Positions 37,401 to 50,442 of a stretch of DNA of 64,000 nt are shown one piece after another. The notes below the pieces were generated by a model. It did no database searches, was not told the DNA's origin, and saw only the letters and a program-made list of their open reading frames with translations. Position 1 is the stretch's first letter, and every line of letters starts with the position of its first letter. This DNA is from Puccinia triticina. Lineage: Eukaryota. Position numbers and translations under genes: made by a program. The stretch is from positions 5,890,001-5,954,000 of the forward strand of contig CP110439.1 in NCBI GenBank assembly GCA_026914245.1, in the 5' to 3' direction.

Positions 37401-40400
37401 TTGAAGACAAGATCATGGACAAAGTACCAGGTAGACCACAACCTGCGGCGCCTGCGCCAAGCAGAGCAAAGATACGGCCAAGGGATTATCCGCACTTTAA
37501 GCTTTCAGAGGCAGAGGTGGAGCGCTTTATCAACCAGTTCAAAAGAGCAGCCATACAGGAAGGCCTGACGGATGCAGATAAAGCGTACCAGGTGGTCAAC
37601 TTCTTTCCAGAGGGCAAGGACTTGCAAGAAGTGGAGGAAATGAAGGGGTTTGGGAAGAAGGATTGGACCAAGCTCAAGGAGGAGATACTTGAGTGGTGGG
37701 AAGATTGCGGGCCTAGGTATTGGGAGAGCAACCTGGAGAAGGTGGCTTTGGAACGGGCGGAAAAAGGCGGTGTTTGGACAAGAGCGGAGTACGTGTCCTA
37801 CATTACCAGCTTCAATCAGGTTCTGCGGTATTTGGAGCAGAACAAGATAGTGACGGCCAACATGGGTACAACCAAGCGGATTTTCTTGAAGGGATTCAAC
37901 CAAACATTCACGGAGAAAGTGCTATGTGGGCTCAATGAGCGGAGTTTGATGGTTAAACCACGACTTGGAGGGCCAAAACTGTTGCCCAGCATGAAGGAGC
38001 TATGGTCCGCCGTCAAGGCGGAACTCAAAGTAGAGCTCATGAACAACAGTCAAGGAGATGCGGTTGTGAGGGCGGAACCGGTTCTGCAGGCGCTGGTCAC
38101 GGTCAAAGATGTGAGTGACCTGGCGGATACGCTGAAGGAGTTGAAACTGGTCATGCAGAAAGCGGCGCACAAGCAACCAAAGGAGCAACAGGCGGCCATG
38201 GCGGCGGCAGCCGCCCCGCGGCAACTCAGGCGGATGACGCTCTGCAGGCTGGCGGGATGCCGCTGTGGGGCAAGGACCGCCGGTGTGCAACTACTGCAAG
38301 GAAACAGGCCATATGCGAAATCAGTGCAAGTACTTTGAAGCGGATCAAGCTGCGGGAAAGGTTTCTTCATGGGGACCCACTTTATTTAGGCCAGATTGTA
38401 CGCCAGTGGACGGACCGATTCCGAGGGAAGTAGTGCGGGCCGGACAACCTTTGGTAAAGGGAAAAGAGGTGGAAGCCAAAGTGAAAATTGGGGTGGTCAA
38501 GGGCATGGTGTGGAAGCCGCCGGCAGTGGCCAGCAGTGTGAAGTGCGTACAGACGGGGGGAGTTCTCTTGGGGGAGCGTTTGGAAAAGATGGATTTGGAT
38601 TCCGCTCCCGCGCCTAAAGCCAGACCAGAGCCAGCTAAGCAGCTTCCGGTAGCTCTGGTGGCGGGGGGCAACAAGAAAAAAGCGGCAGAGGTTGCACAAA
38701 GAGCAATGGGCGCCAAAATCACAGTAGCCCTTACCTTGAGGGAGCTGGCGGCAATTTCTCTGGCGATGGCGGAAAAGATAATTAGTGTGCTGAGAGAGGC
38801 GTCAGGGGAAAAGAAGCCCGCTGGGTTGGCTGTCACCACTAACACGGAAACAGCGGAGGTGAAGTGTGCGGAGCTTGAACACTCAATGGATTTGCTTCCC
38901 ATTCTACTGTCTATGGCCGTGTCCTTTCCACTGGGATATGTGAGTATGAGGGTAGGGAACGTCACAAAATGGGCCATGATTAAAATGGGGTCCACGATCA
39001 ATATTCTTCCGGTGGACTTGGCTACAGAGGCCAACCTGGTGTTGCAGAAAACAAACATCAAAATCTGCACAATGGGTGGGTTTACTTGCAAAGTAGACGG
39101 GATAGCGGAAGCGGAGACCATGGAAGTAGCAAAAGTGGTGAAGAAGTTTTTTTTCTTGGTAACCAGGTTGCATGAAATCATTCTTGGTTGACTGGCTCTT
39201 TTTGCTTTTTGAGCGCAACTGCGCTTCTGCCCCGCTAGGCAAAAGGGAAGTAATGCGGGTAGAAGGGACGTACGGGAGGCAGTATGAGACGATCATCTGC
39301 CAGCCTCAAAGCGGAGATTGGGTGACAGAGGTGAGCAACAGGGCACTACATCACTGTGCGGAGCCTCCTGCAGAGGATTTTTAGTTGTCAGCCAAGCTAT
39401 CCGGGCGGAGGAAGCTTTGACTCAGCTTGGACGGTCAACATTTAAGAAGCGGGAGGGTATTGGCAAAAGGACGGAGAGGCAGGTCAATACCAAAGTGAGC
39501 TTTCCATCATGTGCATCTCCAAGTCTGGAAGGATCAAAGCACTACCACAGCGCCACTGTGGTGAGCCCCAACTCTGTGACAGGGACAAGTGACAAGCAGG
39601 AAGCAGGAATGGACAAAAGCGGGAAAGTGGGTGCAGAAACCGGGAACTGTGTGGCGGAGGCAAGCAGTGTACAAGTAAGTCCTCCCAAGTATGCACTTCC
39701 GAGTTGGTTGTCTACAAAGCCCTACCATTGTGCCACAGTTGTGAGCAAAATGAGACATCCGCGCAGGGGTTTGATTGTGGCCAGGATGATAGGCAATGAC
39801 GGGGAAGCAAGAATGTGGCGAGTCAACAGCGGGAGGTACAAGCCAATGGAGAAGCAGGTGCGGCCGCAGGAGCTCAAACCACCGCTGAGGGAGATCGAGT
39901 GGAGCCGGGATCCATTTAAGACGCCTTTACATTGGGTTCTGCCAAGGTTTGTGCCAAGGGAGCAGATTACGGCTGAGCATATGGCTAGTCTCAATTTTGG
40001 GCCACTGGAATGGCTCCATGAGGAGGAGTTCCACCTGTTGGCGGAGGCCATTATGCTGCGGGAAAGGGAACTGTCATTTGGGTCAGAGGATCGGGGCTTA
40101 CTCAAACGGAGTATTGGGGATCCTTATTGTATACCCACTGTTCCGCACAAGCCATGGCAGATACGGCCCATCCCTACACCGGCGGCAATTTGCAGAGAGA
40201 TGACGGAGCTTGTGCGGGAACGGTTGCGGACAAGGTTGTGTGAGCAATCATTCTCTAGCTACTCTAGCCCAATCTTTGCGGTAATCAAGCAGGACAAGAA
40301 GAGTCTGTGGATTGTGCACGACTTGCAATGGCTTAATTCTGTCACTATACGGGATGCTGGGTTACCGCCGCGCATAGAGGATTTCATTGAAACTATGGCG

Positions 40401-40527
40401 GGGCAGGTTTGCTATGGTCTGGTGGACGTTATGGGTGGATAAAACCAGCGGGAATTGCATACGGAGTCAAGGCCTCTGACAGCGTTCAAGACGCAATTGG
40501 GGCGCTTGCACCTTACTTGGCTTCCGC

Positions 40528-41388
40528 TGTGGTGTGCCAAATCTGTTTCAAGTATCAAATTACATAAAGTGATGGTTGAATACATGAGAAGGAGATATAT
40601 TCTTAGATTTATTATTGCATAATTAGATTTTGAAGGTCATTTAACCCCTAGTTCCTCACTTGAACCACTAGGATAGCTCCACTCAGTCAAAAGTTATTTT
40701 GGTTAAATGGTTTGTGACAGAACATAATCAAATACTATAGAATTATATTTGGTAGTACATAGTATAGAATCAGGTACAAGTACATAGTTAGGGTGTAGTT
40801 TCTACAGGTGCACACACATACCCCTGTATGGTTGCATGACATCATCAGTCACATGTTGGATCACACGTTTATCAGAAGGCTCACTAGCTAAAATCCCTCA
40901 ATGGAAGCTTCCATGCAGCAAAAATCCCTCACAGGAGAAGTCACACCAGCATAAATCCCTCAACTGACTTCCCCACCAGCAAAAATCCCTCACATTTTAC
41001 TATATAAGGAGCCCTTCCTCCCCCCTCATTTGAATTCAGCATGTGAATAGCAGCCACCAACCAACCAGTCACTCATTCATTTAACAGTGTGATCTCAAAC
41101 ATCCACTCACCCAACACCTGTGATCATAATCAGGTTCTTAAATAGCTTGTGTCATTGCACATCATCTACATTGTTTGATCTAAGTCTGATAGAGCCTACT
41201 ACACATATTGATCTCTATCAAGGTTTTGCCACAACAAAAAATAAATTTTGTTGTCAGAATCCTTGTGTAGTACAATAGAGGGGCAGGTCCTTCAAACCAC
41301 CCGTAACATAAATATTGCTTAACTGCAAATATCATATTTGTTATCTCCCCCTCACAGAACTGCCACCCGTCCCAAAGGAGTTCTCACA
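40528..41388. mobile_element. Solo LTR, 861 bp
   Basis: TGTG...CACA termini. TSD CCGC/CTGC. Its removal restores the RT frame. Confidence 0.8.
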
Positions 41389-41416
41389 CTGCAGGGGGCT
41401 ACAAACTTGGTGGCGG

Positions 41417-42138
41417 TGTGGGGACTACTCTGTGGGATAGAGATAGCTGTGGAGGGGATGAGTGCGTGAAAAGGCTGCCCTCCGGGTGAAATGCTAAAGA
41501 GTAGAGGACACCAATAGAGTAATGAAACTCAAGAAAAGGTGTGGCACAGAAGATCAAGGAGATATCAGAGTAAGGTGATGAAATGGCAAAGTAAGTAATG
41601 CTCTCACAAAGAATGGTTACTGGATGTTGAGCAGGCAAGATGATATAATTTTCAAGGCAGAATGGCTACTGTAATTGACTATAAGGTAACTATGAGACTA
41701 TATAACTATTGACCAACTACTATCTAATGAGCTGATGGGGGACAAAAGTGTGGACAAAGGGGCAGTTTATATAGAAAATCTGGGGGGCGGTTGACTTGTG
41801 GTTGTGGGAAATATGAAACAGTGAAAAACTTCAATCAAGGAGAAGTGTAAGAGAAATGAACAAAAGGGATGAGGCGCATGAAGATGAGACAAGTACTAAT
41901 CCCAAAGTAGGTGCATTAGTGTGAAACCAAAAGACAAAAAAAGGGCTTTTGAGTTGATGACCAATGTGGATTGATGTTTGATGCATGTCCGGATTTGGCA
42001 AAGATGGAGTGTTTGATGTTGAGGCGCCTGGGTCCTGTGTCTGGTGTTCCGTGTTATTGCCCTAAGTGGTTGGCTGCCTTGAGAGTTTATTGCTAGAGCC
42101 TGCTGAGAGTAAAGGTGCTTTTGATGAGGCTCACCACA
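41417..42138. mobile_element. Solo LTR, 722 bp
   Basis: TGTGG...CCACA termini. TSD GCGG/GCAG. Its removal restores the RT frame. Confidence 0.8.
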
Positions 42139-43496
42139 GCAGTTTATCAGGCGCAGATGTCCTGGATTCTTCAGGATGAGTTACCTCACGTGACGCAGAT
42201 ATTTATTGATGATGCGGCTGTGAAGGGACCAAGGAGTGACTACGCCAGAGTGGCATTGGCGGAAAGTCCTAACATCCGCCGGTTTATCTGGGAGTACGCG
42301 GTGGCCCTGGAGCGGGTTCTGTTTTGGATCAAGGAAGCAGGCCTTATGGTTTCAGGAAAGAAGTTTGCGGTTTGCGTGCCGGCGCTGGAGGTCCTTGCAG
42401 GGCACGAGGTGTCTCGAGACGGGCAGCCGGTTGCGGAGCCAAAGCAGAACAAGATACTGGACTGGCCAAAACCATGGACAGCATCACACATCTTGCAGTT
42501 TTATGCGCATGTTCATCAAAAGGTTTGCGGAAATTGCAAGTCCGATGCGGAGGCTGCCACGCAAGAATGTGGAATGGAACTGGACCCAAAAATGCGACAA
42601 AGCATTTGCAATGCTGAAGGACATAGTAGGCAGGAAGATCTTGTTGAAGGAACTCAACTATGAAAGTGGCGGTGGACTCAAGTGAGTTTGGTGCGGGCAG
42701 AGTACTCACCCAGGAAGAGGATGGGAAGGATCAGCCCGTGCTGTATGAGTCGGTGACGTTTATAGATGTGGAATTGCGGTATTCTCAACCAAAGCTGGAA
42801 CCTTGCGGAGTGGCAAAAATTGTGCAGAGATTGCAGCACATACTGTGGGGCGTCTATTTTGAATTACTGGTCAATGTGGTGTAAGAATCAAAAGTGGTAA
42901 TGAAACCCTTTTGCTGAATTTTGAAGGGTATGATGGAGTTGCAAGCTCTTCCCTTCACTGCATGGATTATCCCCTTGGAAATGCTTGTCTGACAAGAGCT
43001 CGGATGGGCATGTCCGACAAGTTGCCGGACATGGCCTTCCGACAGGTGGTCAAGCCCACTCGTCAGATCCCCCCGTTCAAGCAGAATTCAGACATTTCTG
43101 CTTGACGGGTCCTCAAGCAGCTTGGCCCAACCACCCGTTGGACTTGTTTGACCGCTCTGCAGTCGGACAGCGCAGACCAAGCTTCCCTCGGACTGGCTGG
43201 TTGGACCACATCGCCCAAGGAGCTTTTGGACATGTCTGTCTGACCGGCTCCCATTGGTTGGACCTGTATGTCCAACAAGTTCCCCAGTCAGACAGACCTG
43301 TCCAACAGGTTCACCGGTTGGACTAGCTTGTCCAACGGGTGTGAGTCCAACAAGTTTGACTTGTTGGACATCTCAACTCAACAGGTTCAACTCGTCGGAC
43401 CAGAGATTTCCAACAAGTTAATCAACCCTGCATTGCCCAAGCCGCCAAGTTGGCAGCTAGAGGTGGAAGCCCTCTCGGAGAGTTTGTTACGGGTAT

Positions 43497-43636
43497 CCAG
43501 CTCGCCAAGAGGGCTTCCTCCCGGATAGCTGCCAGCTTGCCAAGAGGGCTTCTTCCCGGCTAGCTGCCAGCTCTCCAAGAGGGCTTCCTCCCAGATAGCT
43601 GCCAGCTCGCCAAGAGGGTTTACCCCCGGCTAGCTG
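43497..43636. repeat. 35-bp minisatellite, 4 copies, preceded by a TGTCC/GGACA-rich degenerate repeat tract (~42985-43420)
   Basis: ccagctcgccaagagggcttcctcccggatagctg at 43497, 43532, 43567 and 43602. Confidence 0.85.
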
Positions 43637-43790
43637 ATTATATGTCCCCTCCATTGATTGGGAGATTTCAACCTGAAAATCTTAGTGTGATGCTCTTCTG
43701 TCTGGTCTTTGCCGGATTGGCAGCCAGTTGCGTCTTCCTTGGAAGGAATCCTTTGCTCTGAACTATTTCCATGTACACCCTCTTTGCCGC

Positions 43791-44705
43791 TGTGCAACTA
43801 CTCAAAGGGGAGAATAGAGCTTGGAAGGGAAATGGATAGCAACACTAGTACTAATGTAAGCTATGCAAGGGTACTGATGAGGCTGCCTTCCTGACTAATG
43901 CTGAGGGGATGAGAGTAACACTAAGAAAAAGAAAGAAAAGGTGCAGCTGATTTCTACTTGATCTTAGGAGCTAGTACTATGAGCTTTAACTACTGCTTGG
44001 CTACTGAGGATGAGAGGGTTAGGGAAATGGTTGAAAGGGACAAAGCAATGGCAATGATTCAATAGCAATGGGTTGATGAGAATGGGCACTATAATTTCTG
44101 TATCTAAAATTCTGCATAAGGTACAAGTGAGGGGGGAAGGACAGTTCTTATATGAAGGAAGGATGAGCACAGACAATGAGGAGTTCTGGCTATGGGAAGG
44201 AAGGTTGTACAAATGGGGAAAGGTTCTGGCTATGAGAATAAAAGGTTGTACAAATGGGGAAAGTGATGTGAACATAGTAACAACTTGTAATGATGAGCAC
44301 TACTGAAAGAGGTAAGCACAGATCCAATGATGTAATGTGTACAATAGCCATGGTACATAATGATTAATGTATGTAAAGGGTTTAGTATGTGAGAATATAT
44401 ATGTAAAAGGAATGTAATGTAATGATTCAAGTAAGTTACTAATGAAATGAGTATTGTAACTAATGAAATGAGTATTGTAACTAATGAAGACTGTAGGTTT
44501 TCTTATATCCTCTATAACTATTGAACCATTGAAGATAAGGGGGTACTATGTATGACTGACTATAGGTGAAATTTGGTGTAGAATCTGAATATGCAATAAT
44601 AATGAGGTATTTTTGAAGGTTTATGGGGAAATGGGCAATGTAATGATGAATATATGTAAAGGAAAGCAATAAAATACTACTTATGGTTTGGAATGGAGCA
44701 CCACA
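43791..44705. mobile_element. Solo LTR, 915 bp; inverted relative of 20937-21845
   Basis: TGTG...CCACA termini. Perfect 4-bp TSD CCGC. Confidence 0.88.
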
Positions 44706-45735
44706 CCGCTTCTTGTTTCTTCTTCTTGGCTTTTGCTATTCACGCGGGGATATCAAACCCTTCAAATCCTAGAAAATCTAGCTACATTGGAATTCAAAGT
44801 CATACAAAATGGACTTGCATGGCCCAAAAGACTTCAAATCTATTCTGAATTCATTAAAAAAACATGCAGAGACTCAATGTGTGCTTGTCTCCAGAATAAT
44901 CATTGTAACTCTATGTGTGATCCTGTACATTGTAGGCTCCGCAACCTTACCAAATCCTGAGAATGGTGTACAAGCTGGACAACATGGTGCCACCTGAGGT
45001 CCGCATATCCTTTCTTCTGTTGTTCCCAGCCCGCCTTGCAAATTTGACACGCAATGACACTCCTTTACTGCACACAGAGGTTGATTCATTGTGCTTTGCA
45101 CAATGCAAGCCATCACTCTTAAGCATGCCTGCTTCTGGTAAGCACCTTGGATACTGTACACAATTCTCTTTGGGATAGCACTTTTGCTATGGTTGCCCGC
45201 AATATGTGATTAACTGCCTTCAAATTCCACTTGATTGCCTTTTTTGCTGAAAGATGAATTTTGTCTTCTGGCCATTGTAAGCACTCACATCTCTGCAATA
45301 TCTCCCAAACTTGTGATCATTAGTGATTAAATCAATGAATCTCTTCTTTTACATGGCACCAAAACTCCCTTGATAGTTTATCATTTGTCAGATCAAAAAC
45401 CTTTGTTTAAGTTGGGTTTGGATTTGCCCACACACTGGCGATTGGCGCACTGATTGCCATGCATTGACAGAAGTGGATTTGGGAGTGCAAATCCGGCCAA
45501 GAAAAAGAAGCTCCCAAGCCTGAGATCAAGAAGTCAGTTTTTTATTTTCTTCTCCTCTTGGAGATAAATAAATACCATCTGAGCTTTGGAATTTTTATTT
45601 TTCCATTCTTCAGGGTTGCTTGAACATCCCCACCCCACCAGACTCAACCTTCCTCTCTTCTTGCACTAACAATTCCAAATATGCTGCGTCAGTTACAAAA
45701 TATCTGTTTTGCCTCATCCATATAAATCAAGACAC

Positions 45736-45837
45736 GCTTTCTTTCATACCTCATACCTTGTTGGTCTCAATTTACTTCTTGTGTGTGCTTTCTTTCATAC
45801 CTCATACCTTGTTGGTCTCAATTTACTTCTTGTGTGT
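45736..45837. repeat. 51-bp tandem duplication
   Basis: gctttctttcatacctcataccttgttggtctcaatttacttcttgtgtgt occurs twice. Confidence 0.9.
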
Positions 45838-48800
45838 TTGTACCACTGTTGTTTTTCATATTTCACCGGACAAAAAATAAGTGAAACTATAGAGCTTAAT
45901 GTTCCAGTGAAAGCTGAATGAGGTGAAGTCTTGTCAGGAAGCAAAGCTAATCAATATTTGCCCTCATTGGATATGTACAGACATGCATTTGTGTACATTT
46001 TAACAGGTTTGCGGGACAATATCAACCTGGTTTTGGAGGGCACAAACTACAGTCTCAAGTCTATTTAAGAGTGTTGTCTGAATGCATGCAGCAAAACAAA
46101 AAAAAAGGTTACTGTCACTCAATAATTGAAGAAATCACGGCATTGACATAGTACAGCCTCCAACACTACTGACCCAATCAACAATTTCTTGGGAATAGAC
46201 TTTCATATATAGATATTTATGCAGAGTGTATTACAACAAAGAGAAGAAATAAAAAAATATCCACAGGCTGGTGGATTGTTTGACTGAGACAGCTCAAAAT
46301 ACTGATAGTGGTACAAAAACCAGCTTTACTTGCACCATTGGTAAGAGTATTAGAGGGGGGGGGGGGGCAATAAATAATGCCTAGGAGAGGTTGAAGGCTG
46401 TCAGGTAGAGTTGAACAAAGGGACTAGTCAGCGGGTAAGATTTGTTGAGGAAGTTTGTCAGGACCCCTGGTGAATCTGGCTTGACAGGCCAATTCCCAGG
46501 CTCTCTGGACATCAGGCTTGTTGTTCTTGGTGAATATCAGTTGATTTTCATCTTCTTCTCCCTCTCCACCGCACCCTGCTTCAAATTAATTCACTCCTTC
46601 CATTTGATGTTTGCATGTTCAACTGTTTATCCCAGATGATCATCTAATTCAAACCAAAAGCCGTGAAAATCTCAGCCAACCCCCTTTTCCTGTCAATAAG
46701 GAAAAAAAAGTGAGGAAGGATATGTACTGTATACTCAGTCAGCTCAGATTCTCTATGGTTGCAAGCTCACACTCCCTGTGCAAATTTTGCTCCTGTAATC
46801 TAATTGATTCTGACATTGACATTCCAGCCAACAACAAATTAGATTTAGGAACCTGGTGGACAAAGGACACAAAGTAAGAGCTGGTTATCAATCTAGAAAG
46901 GTGTCAGCTGTGGTTTTCTCCGGGTTGGATTGAAGTCCACTTGATGGAAATTCTACCGGTTGTTACCGGATACTCCTAGTTGTAAATGGGTTCAATCCAA
47001 GAGCTCATGTCCAGCAGTTGATAAGTTTGAGACATTCAGGCCTAGAGTTCAGGAAAGTCATATGTTAATATGAAGGGAACGGGCTATGTTGAAGTAGTGA
47101 TGGGGTGATGTATCTTGAAGATAAAGAGGAATGAGTTGAAAAAAATGATGTTATTATTTTTTTCTCTTCTAGAAGTCTGGGGAACAATAGAGTTCAGGGA
47201 GTACAGCTTATATATGCTATCTACAACAGGTGACTAGATATAAGGATATATGAAAGATGCTATTAATAAAATTTCAAAAGAGGAAATGAAATAAATGTAA
47301 GTGTAGTAAAATATGCAGATGGGGAGTTAAAATCTATTATAGCCAGTTAAAGGGTAACTGGTTTGAACTAGCCAGCTGACAAAAGGAGAGGGAAACAACA
47401 AAAAATTTATTTTTCTTGAATTGGCTGTCTTTTGAACACCACAATTCCCTCCAAACCAATACTCCGCGCCTGGTTCTCATTCCAATGAGGGGATTGGTCC
47501 AGGCAGATGTAGATGGTGTGGGATCTTTGTTGGTGGATTTGGATAACTGGTTCATGCAAGTTTATATCTTTCTTTCAAATTTTTACAATATCATAGCTGT
47601 TTCAGAAGTCTCTGGGTAACCACTGCAAAATGATTGTTGTTCATGTATCAAGTTCCAGAATATACACGTATCCTTTTTTTGTTGTTGTTCAATTTTCAAA
47701 TTTACATTGTCAGGGTGGTTGTGAATTCAATAGGGAGAAAAACACCAATAAGTGTGAATCTCTTCCATGTTATTTGCACCACAGATGTTTTCTCAGCACT
47801 TGCGTGCAAGTGCCTTCACCCCTCTCTTCAAGAACCCTTTAAGATCTCTTGCAGAACTTGACACCAATTTATGCGTAATTTTGGATTGAATTTATGCTCA
47901 AGTGTTTCTGAATTGATGCTGAATTGTGTATGAATTCATGTTGGACATGGTTTCATATCAACCTGATATCCACATAATTTGTTTAGCAAATTTTATGATT
48001 TTTTTCACAAGAGAGTTGGAAGTCTGGGCTAAGTTCAGGGGAGCCCCAGATTGTCCAGGGTTTCTTAATCACTTCAGAAAATCCCGACAAAAGAATGTGT
48101 GTGCATATAGGTGAAAATATGTACAACTCTTTTAAATATTTCATCTAATATTCTGGTGTTGCGTGGGCACTCAGCTCAGCATTGCTTGGCTGTGTGGTAA
48201 TATAGGTGTCACACAAACGTACAAGCGTACAGTTGTGTGACAAATCTTTCCAGCTAGCCCCTCAGAAAATGCACACCAAATTCAAACCAGATTAAAATCA
48301 TGATTTAAGAAAAACTGGCATATTTTTGGCAAGGATAAGATACCTTCTCCATATTATACCTTGGCCCAAGGGGACCAAGTTCAAGCAGCATTGATAATTA
48401 CTCTGTCACCTCACAAACCTCCTTTTGAATTCTGTGTGCGCTGAAAATTATAAAAAGAATGTTCCAAAGCAACCTGTAGGGTATGGGTTTACACAGAGGT
48501 TAAAAATCATCATGGACAAAAAATTCTTATCTTTGGTCAAAATTATAGATTGAGTACAACTGATCATAAAGTTGGTCTGGGTTTCAACATAGTCATGGTG
48601 TACATTAAACGGTTACATTACACAAAACATCTGGCATGATTCCAGGTAACATCAGTATAGATTGTGCATTACATGACCTGGTCTTTGAACCAAGATCAGA
48701 CCAACTTCAAACCAACTTTGAACCAGTAACTAACAATGATCGGACCAAACCTTGGCATGAATTGTGCGAAGGCACTTGTAAACAGGTGCTGAGCAAACAT

Positions 48801-48839
48801 CTGTGGTGTTGGCCTTGATGAAACATAGACATGTAGATA

Positions 48840-50442
48840 ATTACAAGGTGTTAACCAAATTTTACAAGGTGTAAGCAACAGTTTACAAGGTGTAAGCCAC
48901 AGTTCACAAGGTGTAAGCCACAGTTTACAAGGTGTAAGCCACATTTTGCAAGGTGTAAACCACGGTTTACAAGGTGTAAACCACGGTTTAAAAGGTGGAA
49001 ACCACAGTTTACAAGTTGTAAACCACAAGTTTAAAAGTTGTAAACCACAGTTTACAAGTTGTAAACCACAGTTTACAAGTTGACAACCGCAAGTTTACAG
49101 CATGTAAACTACAGTTTACAAGTTGTAAACCACAAGTTTACAGCATGTAAAACTGCAAGAAAAACTCTAGAAACTGTTTGCAGTTGAGATGCAGCAAGCT
49201 TGAATCAAGCCTCAGCTCAAGCTGGAGTCAAGCACCCAAATTCCATGCTGGTGCACCTTGAGTGTGTACCTTGTTCAGCATCTCAACGCTGAACATGCAG
49301 TAGGCTGAGGCAAATTTTCAACCTTGAAAATGAGAATACCCCTGAGCAACCTTTTATTTGCTTTTAGCAAACACTCCATCTGCCATTGAATCCAGCCAGA
49401 ATAGCATAACAGGGGTATGTACACATGAAAGGGATATCTACATAGGAGAGGAATATGTACGCATGAAAGGGGAATGTGATAAGGTGTATTGACACATAAA
49501 AGACACAAATGATTAAAGGAGTATGTATGCATGAAAGGGTTATGTGCAGTAAGGGGTCTTTGCACATGAAAGGGATATGTAAAAATCACCTGAATGATGA
49601 AAGGGGTATTGAAAGGGATGTAAAAAACTCAAAGGGGACATGTAAACATCAAAGGGTCATGAATGCATGATGAAAGGGGGATGTACACATTGTGAAAGGG
49701 ATACATTCACATGAAAGGGATACACACACATGAAAGGGATACACACACATGAAAGGGATACACACACATGAAAGGGATACACACACATGAAAGGGATACA
49801 CACACATGAAAGGGGTATGTGCACATAAAGGGGTATTTACACATTATGAAAGGGGTGAATGCATAAAAAAGGGACATGTGCATGTGAAAGGGGTATGTGC
49901 ACATAAAAGGGGAATTTTGACATGAAAGGGGAATGTGCACAGGTATCAACTCAGCATTTTGGAGCCTGCATGTATTCAGTTTTTTGTACCTCGGACTCAC
50001 TCTTGCATAAATTATACAATGTCCATGGAATCAACCAGTGCTTGATTCTTGCATGAGGCACAGCTTGCCTTGAGCTCTTGCATCTCAACTGCAAGCAGTT
50101 TCTAAAGTTTTTCTTGCAGTGTAAACTACAGTTTCCGGCATGTAAACTACAGTTTCCAGCATGTAAACTACAGTTTACCGCATGGAAATTACAGTTTACA
50201 GCATTTAAACTAAAGTTTACAAGTTGTAAATCACAAGTTTACAAGTTGTAAACCACAAGTTTACAAAAGATGTAAACCACAAGTTTAAAGCATGTAAACT
50301 ACAGTTTACAAAAGATTTAAACCACAGTTTACAAAAGATGTAAACCACAGTTTACAAAAGATGTAAACCACAGTTTACAACAGATGTAAACCACACTTTA
50401 CAAAAGATGTAAACCACAAGTTTAAAGCATGTAAACTACATG
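48840..50442. repeat. Quasi-palindromic minisatellite of ~21-23 bp (tgtaaaccacagtttaca...), split by a CACTG element
   Basis: Same-orientation arrays at 48840-49150 and 50122-50442. Confidence 0.85.
49151..50121. mobile_element. Non-autonomous CACTG (CACTA superfamily) element, 971 bp
   Basis: aACTGCAAGAAAAACT...AGTTTTTCTTGCAGTG, roughly 50-bp imperfect TIRs. 3-bp TSD TAA. Internal ~19-20-bp tandem repeats (cacatgaaagggataca). Confidence 0.85.

Larger units (their letters stand above)
37073..42879 (+). mobile_element. Degenerate Ty3/Gypsy gag-PR-RT-RH, truncated before integrase, with two solo LTRs inside RT
   Basis: CCHC CNYCKETGHMRNQC. Degenerate protease AMIKMGSTINI. RT YSSPIFAVIK...HDLQWLN, LPQGATN, FIDD. 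RNase H VAVDSS...YSQPKLE. LTRs not securely identified. Confidence 0.88.

Noticed and set aside
41404..41425. tRNA-Leu-like PBS (TGGTGGCGG) after an apparent LTR end
   Set aside because: It is the host RT coding remnant (ATNLVA) lying between two solo LTRs.
20937..44705. Inverted ~910-bp repeats as TIRs of one 24-kb element
   Set aside because: Each copy has TG...CA ends and its own 4-bp TSD, so they are independent solo LTRs.
44710..48100. Short ORFs in the AT-rich interval
   Set aside because: No recognisable motifs or consistent exon structure; left unannotated.
48696..50000. Cys-rich repeat ORFs (WFTPCK, CVYPFH) as proteins
   Set aside because: They are translations of minisatellites.
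48840..50442. A single foldback element with minisatellite TIRs
   Set aside because: The flanking arrays are in the same orientation. Only 49151-50121 has inverted termini and a TSD.
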